From Myxococcales bacterium (GTDB lineage: Bacteria > Myxococcota_A > UBA9042 > JABWCM01 > BTVJ01): a stretch of DNA of 31,869 nt. The DNA lies in assembly GCA_045863395.1 (NCBI GenBank), contig BTVJ01000087.1, positions 1 through 31,869 on the forward strand, in the 5' to 3' direction. Shown here in pieces: positions 9,588 through 18,338 of this stretch (the first letter of the stretch is position 1; each line of letters begins with the position of its first letter). The notes beneath the pieces are model-generated. The model searched no databases and was not told the origin of the DNA. It was given only the letters and a program-made list of their open reading frames with translations. The translations under genes and the position numbers were made by a program.

Positions 9588-11444
9588 CTACCTCCCCACC
9601 TCCACAGTCTCCGAGGCGATGACCTCCGGCGTGCGGTCTGCCTTGGACCACATGGTGAGGAAGACCGCTACCTCCGGGGTCTCCACCAGGGCCAGCTCTG
9701 CCACGTGGCGGGGGTCTACCGGCTGGTAGAGGAGGTCCACCTGGACGGTCGCGGGGGGAGACTCCATCGCGAGACGATAGTGCACCCCGTCGCCCCCTGG
9801 CTTGAAGTCCGTGTCGGCTCCCACGCCGGCGGGGGCCGTGTGCGCCGCGTCCGGGTGAGCGGGACTCCACCCTGCCGGGAGGATGCGGTTGTCCTTGAGG
9901 TAGCTCGCCGCGGACAGCAGGGAGAACGTCACCCCCTCCGCTTCAGCCATGACAGCCTGCCAGACGGGGACCTGGTCCGGCGACTCCACCACGTCCCGGT
10001 GGGGGTGAGTCGGACCGCCGGCAAGCTCTGCGGGCAGCACCGAATCAGCCACGAGTCTCCCCTGCTCGTCCACCTCCCCGCTGGCCACCACCACGGCCCC
10101 GCCCGCATCGAGCGCACGCAGCCGCAGGAACACTCGCCGCGACGGGTACGCCGTGGGGAGCTTGTGGCCCGCCTGGTTCTCCACATGCACGTCCACGCGC
10201 AGCATCCCCGCCTCCCACGCCGCCTCCACCTCCAGCGTCGCCGCCGCCTTCAGCTGGCGCCGGGCCGCCTCGATGGTCGCGTCGAAGGCTGCCGCGGGCA
10301 CCTCGGGGCGGAGCGCCTCCCGGTGGTCGCGGATCATCGCGGGGACGAGCGTGTTGCCGCCCACCAGCACGTGGCGCCCGTAGGGGTCGCGATCCTTGAT
10401 CTGGGGGAAGTCTTGGCCCTCGGGGCGCCGCGCCACCCGCGTCTCGATGCTCCCACCATCCTCATCAATCACGGGGAGGTGGCAGCCCTGGCAGCTCATC
10501 GCCCGTGGTCCCTTGGCGCTCCCCTCCAGCACGAAGTCCGAGTTGCGCCACTCCAGGTAGGGGGTCTGCTCGGGGAGCACCGCCCCGGTCGGCTCGCCCG
10601 CCTCATCCAGCGCCGCGGTGAACAAGGTGTGGCAGGTGGCGCAGAGTGCGGACTCGCCGAGGTGCGCCCCGTGCTTGGGCGTGAAGTTGGACAGGTTGAT
10701 CATCGGCGTCGCGAGGAAGTCGTCATGGGGCCCGTACGCGATGCGGTCCGCCGCGATGCTGAAGCCGCCCGACCAGCTCTCCTGCTTGCCGAAGCCCTTG
10801 GGCGTGATCTGGTGGCAGACGGTACAGGAGACCCCGTCCCGCGCCACCTGCCCTTCGGGGGTGGCCTCGGCGAGCAGCGCCAGACCCGGCGGCAGCGCCC
10901 CGTCCAGCTCCGCCTGCTTCGAGGCCATGGGCGCGTGGCACCGCAGGCACTTGGCCTCGATGGCCGCCCTCGCCGCCGGGCGCCGCTCGATCTCTGCGGA
11001 CACGACGGCCCGCCAGTAGGGGTCCCGCGCCGCGTTGCCCATCATCGACGAGGCCCACAGGTCGTAAGGCCCCACCGCCCGACCCGCCCCATCCCGCATG
11101 GCCTGGGCCCCATCGCTGTTGGAGTGGCACTTCGCGCACTGGAGCGCCGTCGCGAAGGCGCCGAGGTTGAGCGCCGCCGACGGGGGAAGCACCTGCGGAG
11201 AGCGTGGCTCCACCGATGCGCCGTCCGCAGCGGCCGCGTCGTCATGCAGCACGTCGCCCGCATCCTCCGGGTCGCCCGCGTCACCGGCGCCCCCATCCGC
11301 AGTGGCTGCGTCTGCCGCCGCGCCGACGTCCGCGGCGGGCGCCCCCACGTCCGTACTCCCCGCATCCGGGGTGCTCGCCCCGTCACGCGGCGGTCCACAG
11401 GCAACGACCAGGAACATCCACGGCCAGAGAACGCTGCGTCGCAT
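9588..11444 (-). CDS. Pentaheme c-type cytochrome lipoprotein
   Basis: Lipobox LVVAC; five CxxCH motifs (CAKCH, CLRCH, CTVCH, CATCH, CQGCH); DPYWRA, YLEW and GHKLPT motifs; GAGGAGG upstream. Confidence 0.9.
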   Translation of the reverse strand: MRRSVLWPWMFLVVACGPPRDGASTPDAGSTDVGAPAADVGAAADAATADGGAGDAGDPEDAGDVLHDDAAAADGASVEPRSPQVLPPSAALNLGAFATALQCAKCHSNSDGAQAMRDGAGRAVGPYDLWASSMMGNAARDPYWRAVVSAEIERRPAARAAIEAKCLRCHAPMASKQAELDGALPPGLALLAEATPEGQVARDGVSCTVCHQITPKGFGKQESWSGGFSIAADRIAYGPHDDFLATPMINLSNFTPKHGAHLGESALCATCHTLFTAALDEAGEPTGAVLPEQTPYLEWRNSDFVLEGSAKGPRAMSCQGCHLPVIDEDGGSIETRVARRPEGQDFPQIKDRDPYGRHVLVGGNTLVPAMIRDHREALRPEVPAAAFDATIEAARRQLKAAATLEVEAAWEAGMLRVDVHVENQAGHKLPTAYPSRRVFLRLRALDAGGAVVVASGEVDEQGRLVADSVLPAELAGGPTHPHRDVVESPDQVPVWQAVMAEAEGVTFSLLSAASYLKDNRILPAGWSPAHPDAAHTAPAGVGADTDFKPGGDGVHYRLAMESPPATVQVDLLYQPVDPRHVAELALVETPEVAVFLTMWSKADRTPEVIASETVEVGR

Positions 11445-11561
11445 CGGTCCCTCCTCGCTGCGGTCCCAGGACCAGTCACAGCCCGGTCTGGGGCTGTCGC
11501 CAACCCCCTCCAGCCTCTCACGCCCCTCACCGGAGCGCCACGTCTGCGGATCGCCTCAGCC

Positions 11562-11589
11562 TTGCAACCCCCAATGCAGGCGGTATGGT
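11562..11589 (+). promoter_or_regulatory. Putative sigma70 promoter giving a leaderless transcript
   Basis: TTGCAA, 16 nt spacer, TATGGT, then 7 nt to ATG 11597; no SD sequence. Confidence 0.5.
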
Positions 11590-11596
11590 GTGCGGC

Positions 11597-13732
11597 ATGA
11601 AGTACGGCACCCTGACCCTGCTCCTCTCCCTCCTGGTCGCCTGCGGCACGGAGGACGACGACGACTCTGGTGTGGACGCGGGCACGGACTCGACGACCAC
11701 CGTCGACTCGGCGGCCGACACCGGGGCCGCCGACACCGCGACCGCCGACACCGGCACGCCCGACGGCGGCGCCTCGGAGGACGCGCCCGCCACCGACACC
11801 GTCGACGCCGCCGACGTCAAGGCCTGGGAGTGCGTCGTCCCCGCGGGGGGGCCCCTGCCCGACTCCGTCCCCCAGCTCGGGTGCGAGGACGACTTCCTGG
11901 CGCTCGCCACCCGCCCCATCGACGCCAGCATCCCGGGCGCCCGGTCCCTGAAGACGGTCATCGACCGCCAGGCCGACCTGGAGCTGTACTTCCTGAACGC
12001 AGAGAAGTACCCCATCCACTACACCTTCGCGAAGGAGCACCTGTCGGGCAACGGCCTGCCGCTGGTCGGCGACATCGGCAGCTTCTCGGCGGTGGAGTAC
12101 TACAGCCCCAACCGGCGCTTCCTGCTGGGCGCCATCACGTACTACGAGGAGCCGGACGTGTGGGCGTACGAGATCGCCCCCTACGACACGTCGCTCCCCG
12201 ACATGGTGATCACGGCGTTCAGGCTCATCCGCGAGAACACGTCCTTCGGCACGGCCCTCGTCTTCCACCCGACCAGCGCGGCGGTTGAGAAGCTGGCCAC
12301 GTCCCTGCCCGCGGACATCCCGGTGGTCACGTCCAAGCAGCTCTTCGCGGGGGTCACCTACCAGCCGCTCAACCTGGGCACGGCGCTCGGGCAGGTGCGC
12401 TACCTGAAGGTCTCGGACCTGGAGGTCCAGGCCGCCTTCGTCACGCCCCGCGACATCGCCGTGCTCGACCGGGTGCCGAACGACATCTCCGTGTCTGCAG
12501 CGCTGATCACGGCAGAGCTCCAGACCCCTCTCTCCCACGTCAACGTGCTCTCGCAGAACCGGGGCACCCCGAACATGGCCCTGGTGGACGCGCTGACCAA
12601 CCCCACCCTCAAGGCCCTGGAGGGCAAGTGGGTGAAGCTGGTCGTGGACCCGTTCGCCTGGACCATCGAGGAGGTCACCAAGGAGGAGGCCGACGCCTGG
12701 TTCGAAGCGCACAAGCCCCCGCCCGTCGAGGTGCCGGCCCTGGACCTGACCGTCACGGAGCTGCGCGACTGCCAGCACCTGGACCCGTCGACCATCCCAG
12801 CGTTCGGCGGCAAGGCGTCCCACTACGGCGTGCTGCTGACCATCGGCGACAAGGTGCCGGTGGTCCCGGCCTTCGCCATCCCCGTGTACTACTACAAGCA
12901 GTTCGAGGCCCAGAACGGCTTCGACAAGACCATCGCGGCCATGCTCGCCGACGAGACCTTCAACAACGACATCGCGTTCCGCGAGAAGGCCCTCGCCAGT
13001 CTGCGCGCGGCAATGAAGAAGGCGCCCATCGACCCGGCCTTCATCGCGCTGCTGCTCGACAAGCTCAACAAGGACTTCCCGGGCAAGAAGATGCGCTTCC
13101 GGTCCAGCACCAACGCCGAGGACCTGGGCGGCTTCACCGGCGCCGGCCTCTACACATCGGCGGCGGGAGACCCCAATGATCCCAACGACACCGTGCAGGA
13201 CGCCGTGCGGACCGTGTGGGCGAGCCTCTGGAACTTCCGGGCCTTCGAGGAGCGCAGCTTCCGGGGCATCGACCACCAGGGCATCGCCATGGCGGTGCTC
13301 TCTCACCAGAGCTTCCCCCACGAGGACGCCCAAGGCGTGGCGCTGACGGCCAACCTGTTCGATCCCCTGGAGCCGGCGTTCTACGTCAACGTCCAGAAGG
13401 GAGACGTCTCGGTGGTGCTCCCCCCGCCGGGCGTGACCACGGACCAGTTCCTCTACTTCTACACGTACCCGGGGCAGCCCATCGTGTTCATCGGGCACTC
13501 CAACCTGATCGCGGAAGGAGCGACGGTCCTGACCGCCAAGCAGACCTACACCCTGGGCACGGCGCTCGACGCCATCCACAAGACCTTCGCCAAGTGGTAT
13601 GGCACCGACCCCAAGGCCTTCTACGCCATGGACGTGGAGTTCAAGTTCGACACACCGCCCGGAGCAACCGAGTCGGAGCTGATCATCAAGCAGGCGCGGC
13701 CTCACCCGGGCTGGGCCGTCGGCGTCGAGTAG
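11597..13732 (+). CDS. Lipoprotein with PEP-utilising phospho-His (swivel) and PEP/pyruvate-binding ATP-grasp (PPDK_N-like) domains
   Basis: MKYGTLTLLLSLLVAC lipobox; acidic linker; QTPLSHVNVLSQNRGTPN; GGKA, RSSTNAEDLGGFTGAGLY, VWASLW, DVEFK, IKQARP. Confidence 0.85.
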   Translation: MKYGTLTLLLSLLVACGTEDDDDSGVDAGTDSTTTVDSAADTGAADTATADTGTPDGGASEDAPATDTVDAADVKAWECVVPAGGPLPDSVPQLGCEDDFLALATRPIDASIPGARSLKTVIDRQADLELYFLNAEKYPIHYTFAKEHLSGNGLPLVGDIGSFSAVEYYSPNRRFLLGAITYYEEPDVWAYEIAPYDTSLPDMVITAFRLIRENTSFGTALVFHPTSAAVEKLATSLPADIPVVTSKQLFAGVTYQPLNLGTALGQVRYLKVSDLEVQAAFVTPRDIAVLDRVPNDISVSAALITAELQTPLSHVNVLSQNRGTPNMALVDALTNPTLKALEGKWVKLVVDPFAWTIEEVTKEEADAWFEAHKPPPVEVPALDLTVTELRDCQHLDPSTIPAFGGKASHYGVLLTIGDKVPVVPAFAIPVYYYKQFEAQNGFDKTIAAMLADETFNNDIAFREKALASLRAAMKKAPIDPAFIALLLDKLNKDFPGKKMRFRSSTNAEDLGGFTGAGLYTSAAGDPNDPNDTVQDAVRTVWASLWNFRAFEERSFRGIDHQGIAMAVLSHQSFPHEDAQGVALTANLFDPLEPAFYVNVQKGDVSVVLPPPGVTTDQFLYFYTYPGQPIVFIGHSNLIAEGATVLTAKQTYTLGTALDAIHKTFAKWYGTDPKAFYAMDVEFKFDTPPGATESELIIKQARPHPGWAVGVE

Positions 13733-14146
13733 TCAATCGTCTTTTGCGCCCGCGGCGATCCAGTCACGCACGAGCTCGAGCCGCTCCGCGTCGAGGGTCC
13801 CGTTGACCGGCATGCGCCCGCCCGCCTCCGGCTTGTCCTTGCTCAGCTTCTCGACCAGGTAGGAGGCGTCGGGATCGCCCGCCACCACGAGCGTCCGGCC
13901 CGGCGCTCCCTTGGAGGCAACGCCCACGAGCTTCCCGTGGGCGCTCCCGTCCAGGCTCAGGCCCGAGGCCGGCTTGCCTCCCGCGTGGCACGACGAGAAG
14001 GCACAGCTCACCTTGAAGACCTCCGCGGTGACCCGAGACAAGGTGGGCTCCGCCTCACTGACGTCCGCGCCCCCGCCATCTCCGCCCTCGCTCTCACAGC
14101 CCAGAAGCGCCAGCGCGCACAGCACCACGATCCCGCTCGCCCTCAT
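13733..14146 (-). CDS. Small cytochrome c-like lipoprotein with a CX4CH motif
   Basis: Lipobox LALLGC; CAFSSCH; GDPDASYL; RMP (candidate distal Met); WIAAGA terminus; GGAGG upstream. Confidence 0.75.
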   Translation of the reverse strand: MRASGIVVLCALALLGCESEGGDGGGADVSEAEPTLSRVTAEVFKVSCAFSSCHAGGKPASGLSLDGSAHGKLVGVASKGAPGRTLVVAGDPDASYLVEKLSKDKPEAGGRMPVNGTLDAERLELVRDWIAAGAKDD

Positions 14147-14233
14147 CCTTGATCCTCCGCGTTGGTGACGCCTCCCGTGTAGCGACGCACTCGTTTCCGG
14201 TCAAGTCCCACGCCAGCACCTCCCAGGGCGACG

Positions 14234-14262
14234 TTGACATGGGGCGCGGTTCCCGGTCCAAT
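14234..14262 (+). promoter_or_regulatory. Possible sigma70 promoter for the monooxygenase operon
   Basis: Perfect TTGACA, 17 nt spacer, TCCAAT, within a divergent intergenic region. Confidence 0.4.
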
Positions 14263-14291
14263 GGCGCGTCCCCTACACCCAAGGCAGCCCT

Positions 14292-15236
14292 ATGTTGAAT
14301 ACCAAGCACCTCGCCGCCTTCGCCCTGCTCGTCGCCTGTGACACCGCAGAGACATCGAGCACGGCAGACGTCACCACCACGCCAGACACGGTGGCGATTC
14401 AACCCCTCGATCTGCGCGTGACTCCTCCGGAGCCCGAGCCGGACAAGTACGTGGACCTGGTCTCGCCGGAGGTGGTGATCCCGCCTGGAGAAGAGCGCAT
14501 GTACTGCTGGTTCGTGCGCAACGACCAGGGGGACCTCGCCATCCGCAACGTGGAGGCAACCCAGGGAAAGTACGGACACCACGTGGTGATCCTGCGCGCC
14601 TTGAAGGAAGAGCCGGATGGCACCTTCCGGGACTGCACGGACAGCGCCGAGATGGCCAACTTCCGCGCCTTCGCGCTCCCGGACACGGAGCTGCCCGACG
14701 GCCACGCCATCAAGATCCCGGACAAGATGCAGTACGTGTTCCAGCTCCACTACGTGAACGCGGACACCAAACCCATCCAGGTGCGCGACGTGGCGCGCCT
14801 CGCCAAGGTGGACCCTGCCAAGGTCACCCGTTGGGTCACGACGCTGACCACCAACAGCCTGAACTTCAAGGTCCCGCCCGGCGCCGCCCCCCAGACCCTG
14901 GAGTTCGACTGCGACATCACCGAGGACATGGACGTCCTCGTGCTCGGGGGCCACATGCACGAGTGGGGCACGACCTTCGAGGTGACGGAGCTGCCGCCAG
15001 CCGGCGAGGACCGGTCCCTCTACTACGTGGACCCGTGGAAGGTGGAGTACAGGGACGCCCCCCCAGTGTCCCTCTTCTTCACGAAGCCCCTCAAGCTCGT
15101 CAAGGGGACGAAGCTGCGCACGTCGTGCACCTGGCTCAACGACGGCGAGGGGGACCTGGCCTTCCCGAGCGAGATGTGCTCCACGTTCGGCTACGTCGCG
15201 GGCCCCACGGCCCCGGTCCACTGCGAGGCACCATGA
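14292..15236 (+). CDS. Copper type II ascorbate-dependent monooxygenase-like (PHM/DBH fold) lipoprotein
   Basis: Lipobox LLVAC; CuH ligands GHHVV and QLHY; CuM ligands GHMH and SEMC. Confidence 0.85.
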   Translation: MLNTKHLAAFALLVACDTAETSSTADVTTTPDTVAIQPLDLRVTPPEPEPDKYVDLVSPEVVIPPGEERMYCWFVRNDQGDLAIRNVEATQGKYGHHVVILRALKEEPDGTFRDCTDSAEMANFRAFALPDTELPDGHAIKIPDKMQYVFQLHYVNADTKPIQVRDVARLAKVDPAKVTRWVTTLTTNSLNFKVPPGAAPQTLEFDCDITEDMDVLVLGGHMHEWGTTFEVTELPPAGEDRSLYYVDPWKVEYRDAPPVSLFFTKPLKLVKGTKLRTSCTWLNDGEGDLAFPSEMCSTFGYVAGPTAPVHCEAP

Positions 15237-15802
15237 GGCTCCCCGTGAGGTTGTCATTCGTCGCAGCGCTGGTCCTCGGCGGGGCGTGTGACGAGGCTGG
15301 CACCACGGGCGCGGTGGGCGGCGACACGGCAGGGGCCGTCGATGTGCAGACAGCCGACGCGTCGGCGGGGACCGACGCCGCCGACGACAGCGCGGACACC
15401 GCGACGACCACTGGCACCGTGATCCTCCGCTTCAGCGTCTCCAAGGGCGTCCGCAAGAGCCCCAACCTGGAGGACCCCCTCGTAGGGACCATCTACGGAT
15501 CCCTCTGGCACAAGGCGGACATCGCGCTCACCGGTCCGCGGGACGGGGCGGAGGACCTCCAGAGCGTCGAGGTGACCGGCGTCGATCTCACCGAGGCCGA
15601 GGTCAGCGCGGCGAGCTGGCAGTCGGCCCCCCTGGACCCAGGCGACTACATGTTCCTCGGCTTCTTCGACGTGGACGGCAACGGCGCCGAGGAACACGAT
15701 CCCGACTCCGGGGACCCGGTCACCCTGCCCATCAACGGCTTCACCATCGAGGCGGGCAAGACGCTGGAGTTCACCGTGCCCTTCGAGCTGGTCTACAATT
15801 GA
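15233..15802 (+). CDS. Hypothetical lipoprotein with a DxDxNG Ca-binding-like loop
   Basis: ATGA overlap with the monooxygenase; signal MRLPVRLSFVAALVLGGAC; FFDVDGNG...DSGDP. Confidence 0.8.
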   Translation: MRLPVRLSFVAALVLGGACDEAGTTGAVGGDTAGAVDVQTADASAGTDAADDSADTATTTGTVILRFSVSKGVRKSPNLEDPLVGTIYGSLWHKADIALTGPRDGAEDLQSVEVTGVDLTEAEVSAASWQSAPLDPGDYMFLGFFDVDGNGAEEHDPDSGDPVTLPINGFTIEAGKTLEFTVPFELVYN

Positions 15803-15809
15803 GGACTTC

Positions 15810-17033
15810 ATGACGGTGCGGACCCGGCTCTTCGGTGGCCTCTTCCATGCGGCGCTCGGAGCCCAGATGGCGGCCACCTGGGTCCAGCAGCGGATCGCTC
15901 CGCGGCTGCCGTTTCCCCGCGATACGGCGGAGCTGGCCCAGCGCCAGGACTGGTGCGTCGAGCGACTGCGGGGTGCCATCCCCGAGGGCGCTCAGGTCAC
16001 CGCCTACGACGTGCAGGAGATCAAGGCCGACGAGGCGTTTCGGTCCCAGGTCGCCCGGGTGCAGGTGGACTGGACCCACGGCGACAGCGCGGGAGTCACC
16101 CGCGCCCTCGCCAAGTTCGCGCCCCGGGTCACGAGCCTGCGAGACCACGCCGTCTACGTGCTCCAGAAGAACCACCTCAAGGAGGCCGGCGTCTACGAGC
16201 GCCTCGCCTCGGACCCCGCCGTCGCCGCCCCCCGCCCCTTCTTCGCGGCGGCCCACGCCGGCAGCGGCCACCTGTGCATCCTCATGGAGCTGCTCGACGG
16301 CGCGCGCGAGATCCCCGAAGAGGACGGCTGCCCGCCAGAGCTCCTGGACAGCGCCGCCTGTGCTCTGGCCGCGCTCCACGCTCGGTTCTGGGAGCAGCAC
16401 GACGCGGTCACCAACTTTCTCACCGTCGTCCCCGACCCGGTCATCGACTGGTTCTCCACCCTCTTCCCCGCTGGCCCCGATCAGGCGCTCTTCGGTGCCC
16501 TCCTTCGCGTCGCATGGCGCCACGACGGCCGCGCTCCGGTCACCGTCCTGCACGGGGACCCGCGGATCGGGAACATCCTGTTCACCCCCCGGGGCCCCGT
16601 GCTCATCGACTGGCAGGCCGCGCGCAAGGGCAAGGGGGTGTTCGACCTCGCCTACCTGCTCGTCCTGAGCACGGAGCCCGCCGTCCGCCGGACCCACTTC
16701 ACGCGCCTGCTCGACCGCTATCACGCAGCGCTCCTCGCCGGCGGAGTGCGTGACTACTCCCGCGACGCGCTTGAGGAGGACGCTCGCTGGGCATGCCTCC
16801 TGGTGCTCGCCTTCGCGTCGCTGCCCTTCATGAGCGCCGAGTCCAGCACCACGGAGGCCAACACCCCCAAGCTCCACGCCATGGGCCGGGCCTGGGCCCG
16901 GCGGATGGTCGGCATGGTGGATGACCTGGATCTGCCCTGGATCGCCGCGCGCACCGGCCTCGACGCCGCCGCCCTGCGCGCCGCCTTCGAGCGCTCCAAC
17001 GCTCGGGTGCTTGAGCCCTCACAGGGATTGTGA
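15810..17033 (+). CDS. APH/choline/ecdysteroid-kinase-like phosphotransferase
   Basis: Brenner motif HGDPRIGNILF, IDWQ, LMELL, DLAYLL; GAGG upstream. Confidence 0.87.
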   Translation: MTVRTRLFGGLFHAALGAQMAATWVQQRIAPRLPFPRDTAELAQRQDWCVERLRGAIPEGAQVTAYDVQEIKADEAFRSQVARVQVDWTHGDSAGVTRALAKFAPRVTSLRDHAVYVLQKNHLKEAGVYERLASDPAVAAPRPFFAAAHAGSGHLCILMELLDGAREIPEEDGCPPELLDSAACALAALHARFWEQHDAVTNFLTVVPDPVIDWFSTLFPAGPDQALFGALLRVAWRHDGRAPVTVLHGDPRIGNILFTPRGPVLIDWQAARKGKGVFDLAYLLVLSTEPAVRRTHFTRLLDRYHAALLAGGVRDYSRDALEEDARWACLLVLAFASLPFMSAESSTTEANTPKLHAMGRAWARRMVGMVDDLDLPWIAARTGLDAAALRAAFERSNARVLEPSQGL

Positions 17034-17074
17034 TAGACCCCGCGCGTCGTACCCGTCACCACGGAGGAGCACAG

Positions 17075-17626
17075 GTGAACCGCGAGGATTGCATTCTGTT
17101 CAGCGGCGCGGCCAACGGCGCCGAGGCCGAGTTCGGGGCCGCCGCCGAGGCCCACGGCATCGAGGAGGTCAACTTCACCTTCGAGGGCCACAACGATGCG
17201 CGCCGCCGCGGCATCCGCGTGCTCAACCACGAGGAGCTGCTCCAGGGCGACGTCTCGCTCGCCTATCTCAGCAGGCTCATGAGCCGGGAGTACCACAACA
17301 CCCCCCTGTTCAAGAAGGTGCTCCAGTCCATCTGGCACCAGATCAACGCCGGGCAGGAGATCTACGTCATCGGCCACATCCTCGACGACAAGACGGTCAA
17401 GGGCGGCACGGGCTGGGGCGCGGAGTTCGCGAAGCTCTGCAACAAGCCGCTGTTCGTCTTCGACCAGGTACGGGATGGCTGGTTCAAGTGGGAGCAGACC
17501 GACTGGCGCGAGGTGGCGGAGCCGGTGATCCGCCACGCCCACTTCGCAGGCACGGGCACGCGCTTCCTCCAACCCAATGGACGGGCCGCCATCCTGAGCC
17601 TCTTCGAGCGGTCCTTCGGCGCATGA
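17075..17626 (+). CDS. Conserved hypothetical protein, probable SLOG (Smf/DprA-LOG) nucleotide-binding fold
   Basis: GGAGGAG before GTG 17075; SGAANGAE and GGTGWG motifs; KPLFVFDQ. Confidence 0.7.
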   Translation: MNREDCILFSGAANGAEAEFGAAAEAHGIEEVNFTFEGHNDARRRGIRVLNHEELLQGDVSLAYLSRLMSREYHNTPLFKKVLQSIWHQINAGQEIYVIGHILDDKTVKGGTGWGAEFAKLCNKPLFVFDQVRDGWFKWEQTDWREVAEPVIRHAHFAGTGTRFLQPNGRAAILSLFERSFGA

Positions 17627-18066
17627 GCACTCCGGGCTCTTCCGCCGCAACCCCGGAGGGGCAGGAGGCAGAGATCCGCATCTCTCGCTCCCACGACAGC
17701 GGAGAGAGTCGGTACACGCTGACCCTGTACGAGAGTCTGCTCCTGCACGTCACCTTGGGCGGCAAGGGGACCATGGCCGGCGTAGAGCGCCTGCTCGCGG
17801 CCATGGAGGAGATGGAGCAGTGTCTGCGGCCGGGAGAGAAGGTCAACGCCCTCATCGACCTCAAGGCCCTCGACGGAGCGCCGCTGCGGGCCCAGCTTCG
17901 GCTGGGCAAGTGGCTCCTCGCCCGGCGGGACAGGGCCGCGCGCATCGCCATCTTCGGCGGCAAGCCGGTGGAGATCGCCGTGGCCCGGGCCGTCATGAAG
18001 ATCGCGCGCATGCACCACGTGAGCTTCTCGGCCCACGAGTCGGAGGCCCGGGCCTTCCTGGGGTGA
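17623..18066 (+). CDS. SpoIIAA-like (STAS/SEC14) domain protein
   Basis: ATGA overlap; ALIDL, RIAIFG, terminal F..ESEARAFL pattern; 147 aa. Confidence 0.65.
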   Translation: MSTPGSSAATPEGQEAEIRISRSHDSGESRYTLTLYESLLLHVTLGGKGTMAGVERLLAAMEEMEQCLRPGEKVNALIDLKALDGAPLRAQLRLGKWLLARRDRAARIAIFGGKPVEIAVARAVMKIARMHHVSFSAHESEARAFLG

Positions 18067-18072
18067 CCCCTC

Positions 18073-18285
18073 TCAGATGTGATCGGCGAGCTCCTGCGGG
18101 TCCGTCGTCTCGTCGAAGACCTCGCCGCAGCGGCGGCACCGGTACTCGATGCGCACGGGCCGCGTCGTCACCCCGAAGAGCACCCAGAACCACCCCATCC
18201 CCGAGTACTTTCCGTCCGGCGTCACCATGTAGTGGGTGCGGTCATGGCCGCACTTGCAGCGGGGTCGTTGGTCAGGATCGGTCAC
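18073..18285 (-). CDS. Small Zn-binding hypothetical protein (70 aa)
   Basis: GGAGG 7 nt before GTG 18285; CKCGH and CRRCG flank the hydrophobic segment GWFWVLFG. Confidence 0.7.
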   Translation of the reverse strand: MTDPDQRPRCKCGHDRTHYMVTPDGKYSGMGWFWVLFGVTTRPVRIEYRCRRCGEVFDETTDPQELADHI

Positions 18286-18338
18286 TTCGCCACCTCCGGG
18301 CGCCATTGTAGACCCCTGAAGGCGGATTTCCAGCGCCT

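Noticed and set aside
11204..11596. Long N-terminal extensions given in the ORF track (also for ORFs starting at 3602, 4981, 21798, 23782, 23647, 25533 and 29099)
   Set aside because: They overlap neighbouring genes or promoters; downstream starts have SD or promoter support and expose proper signal peptides or family N-termini.
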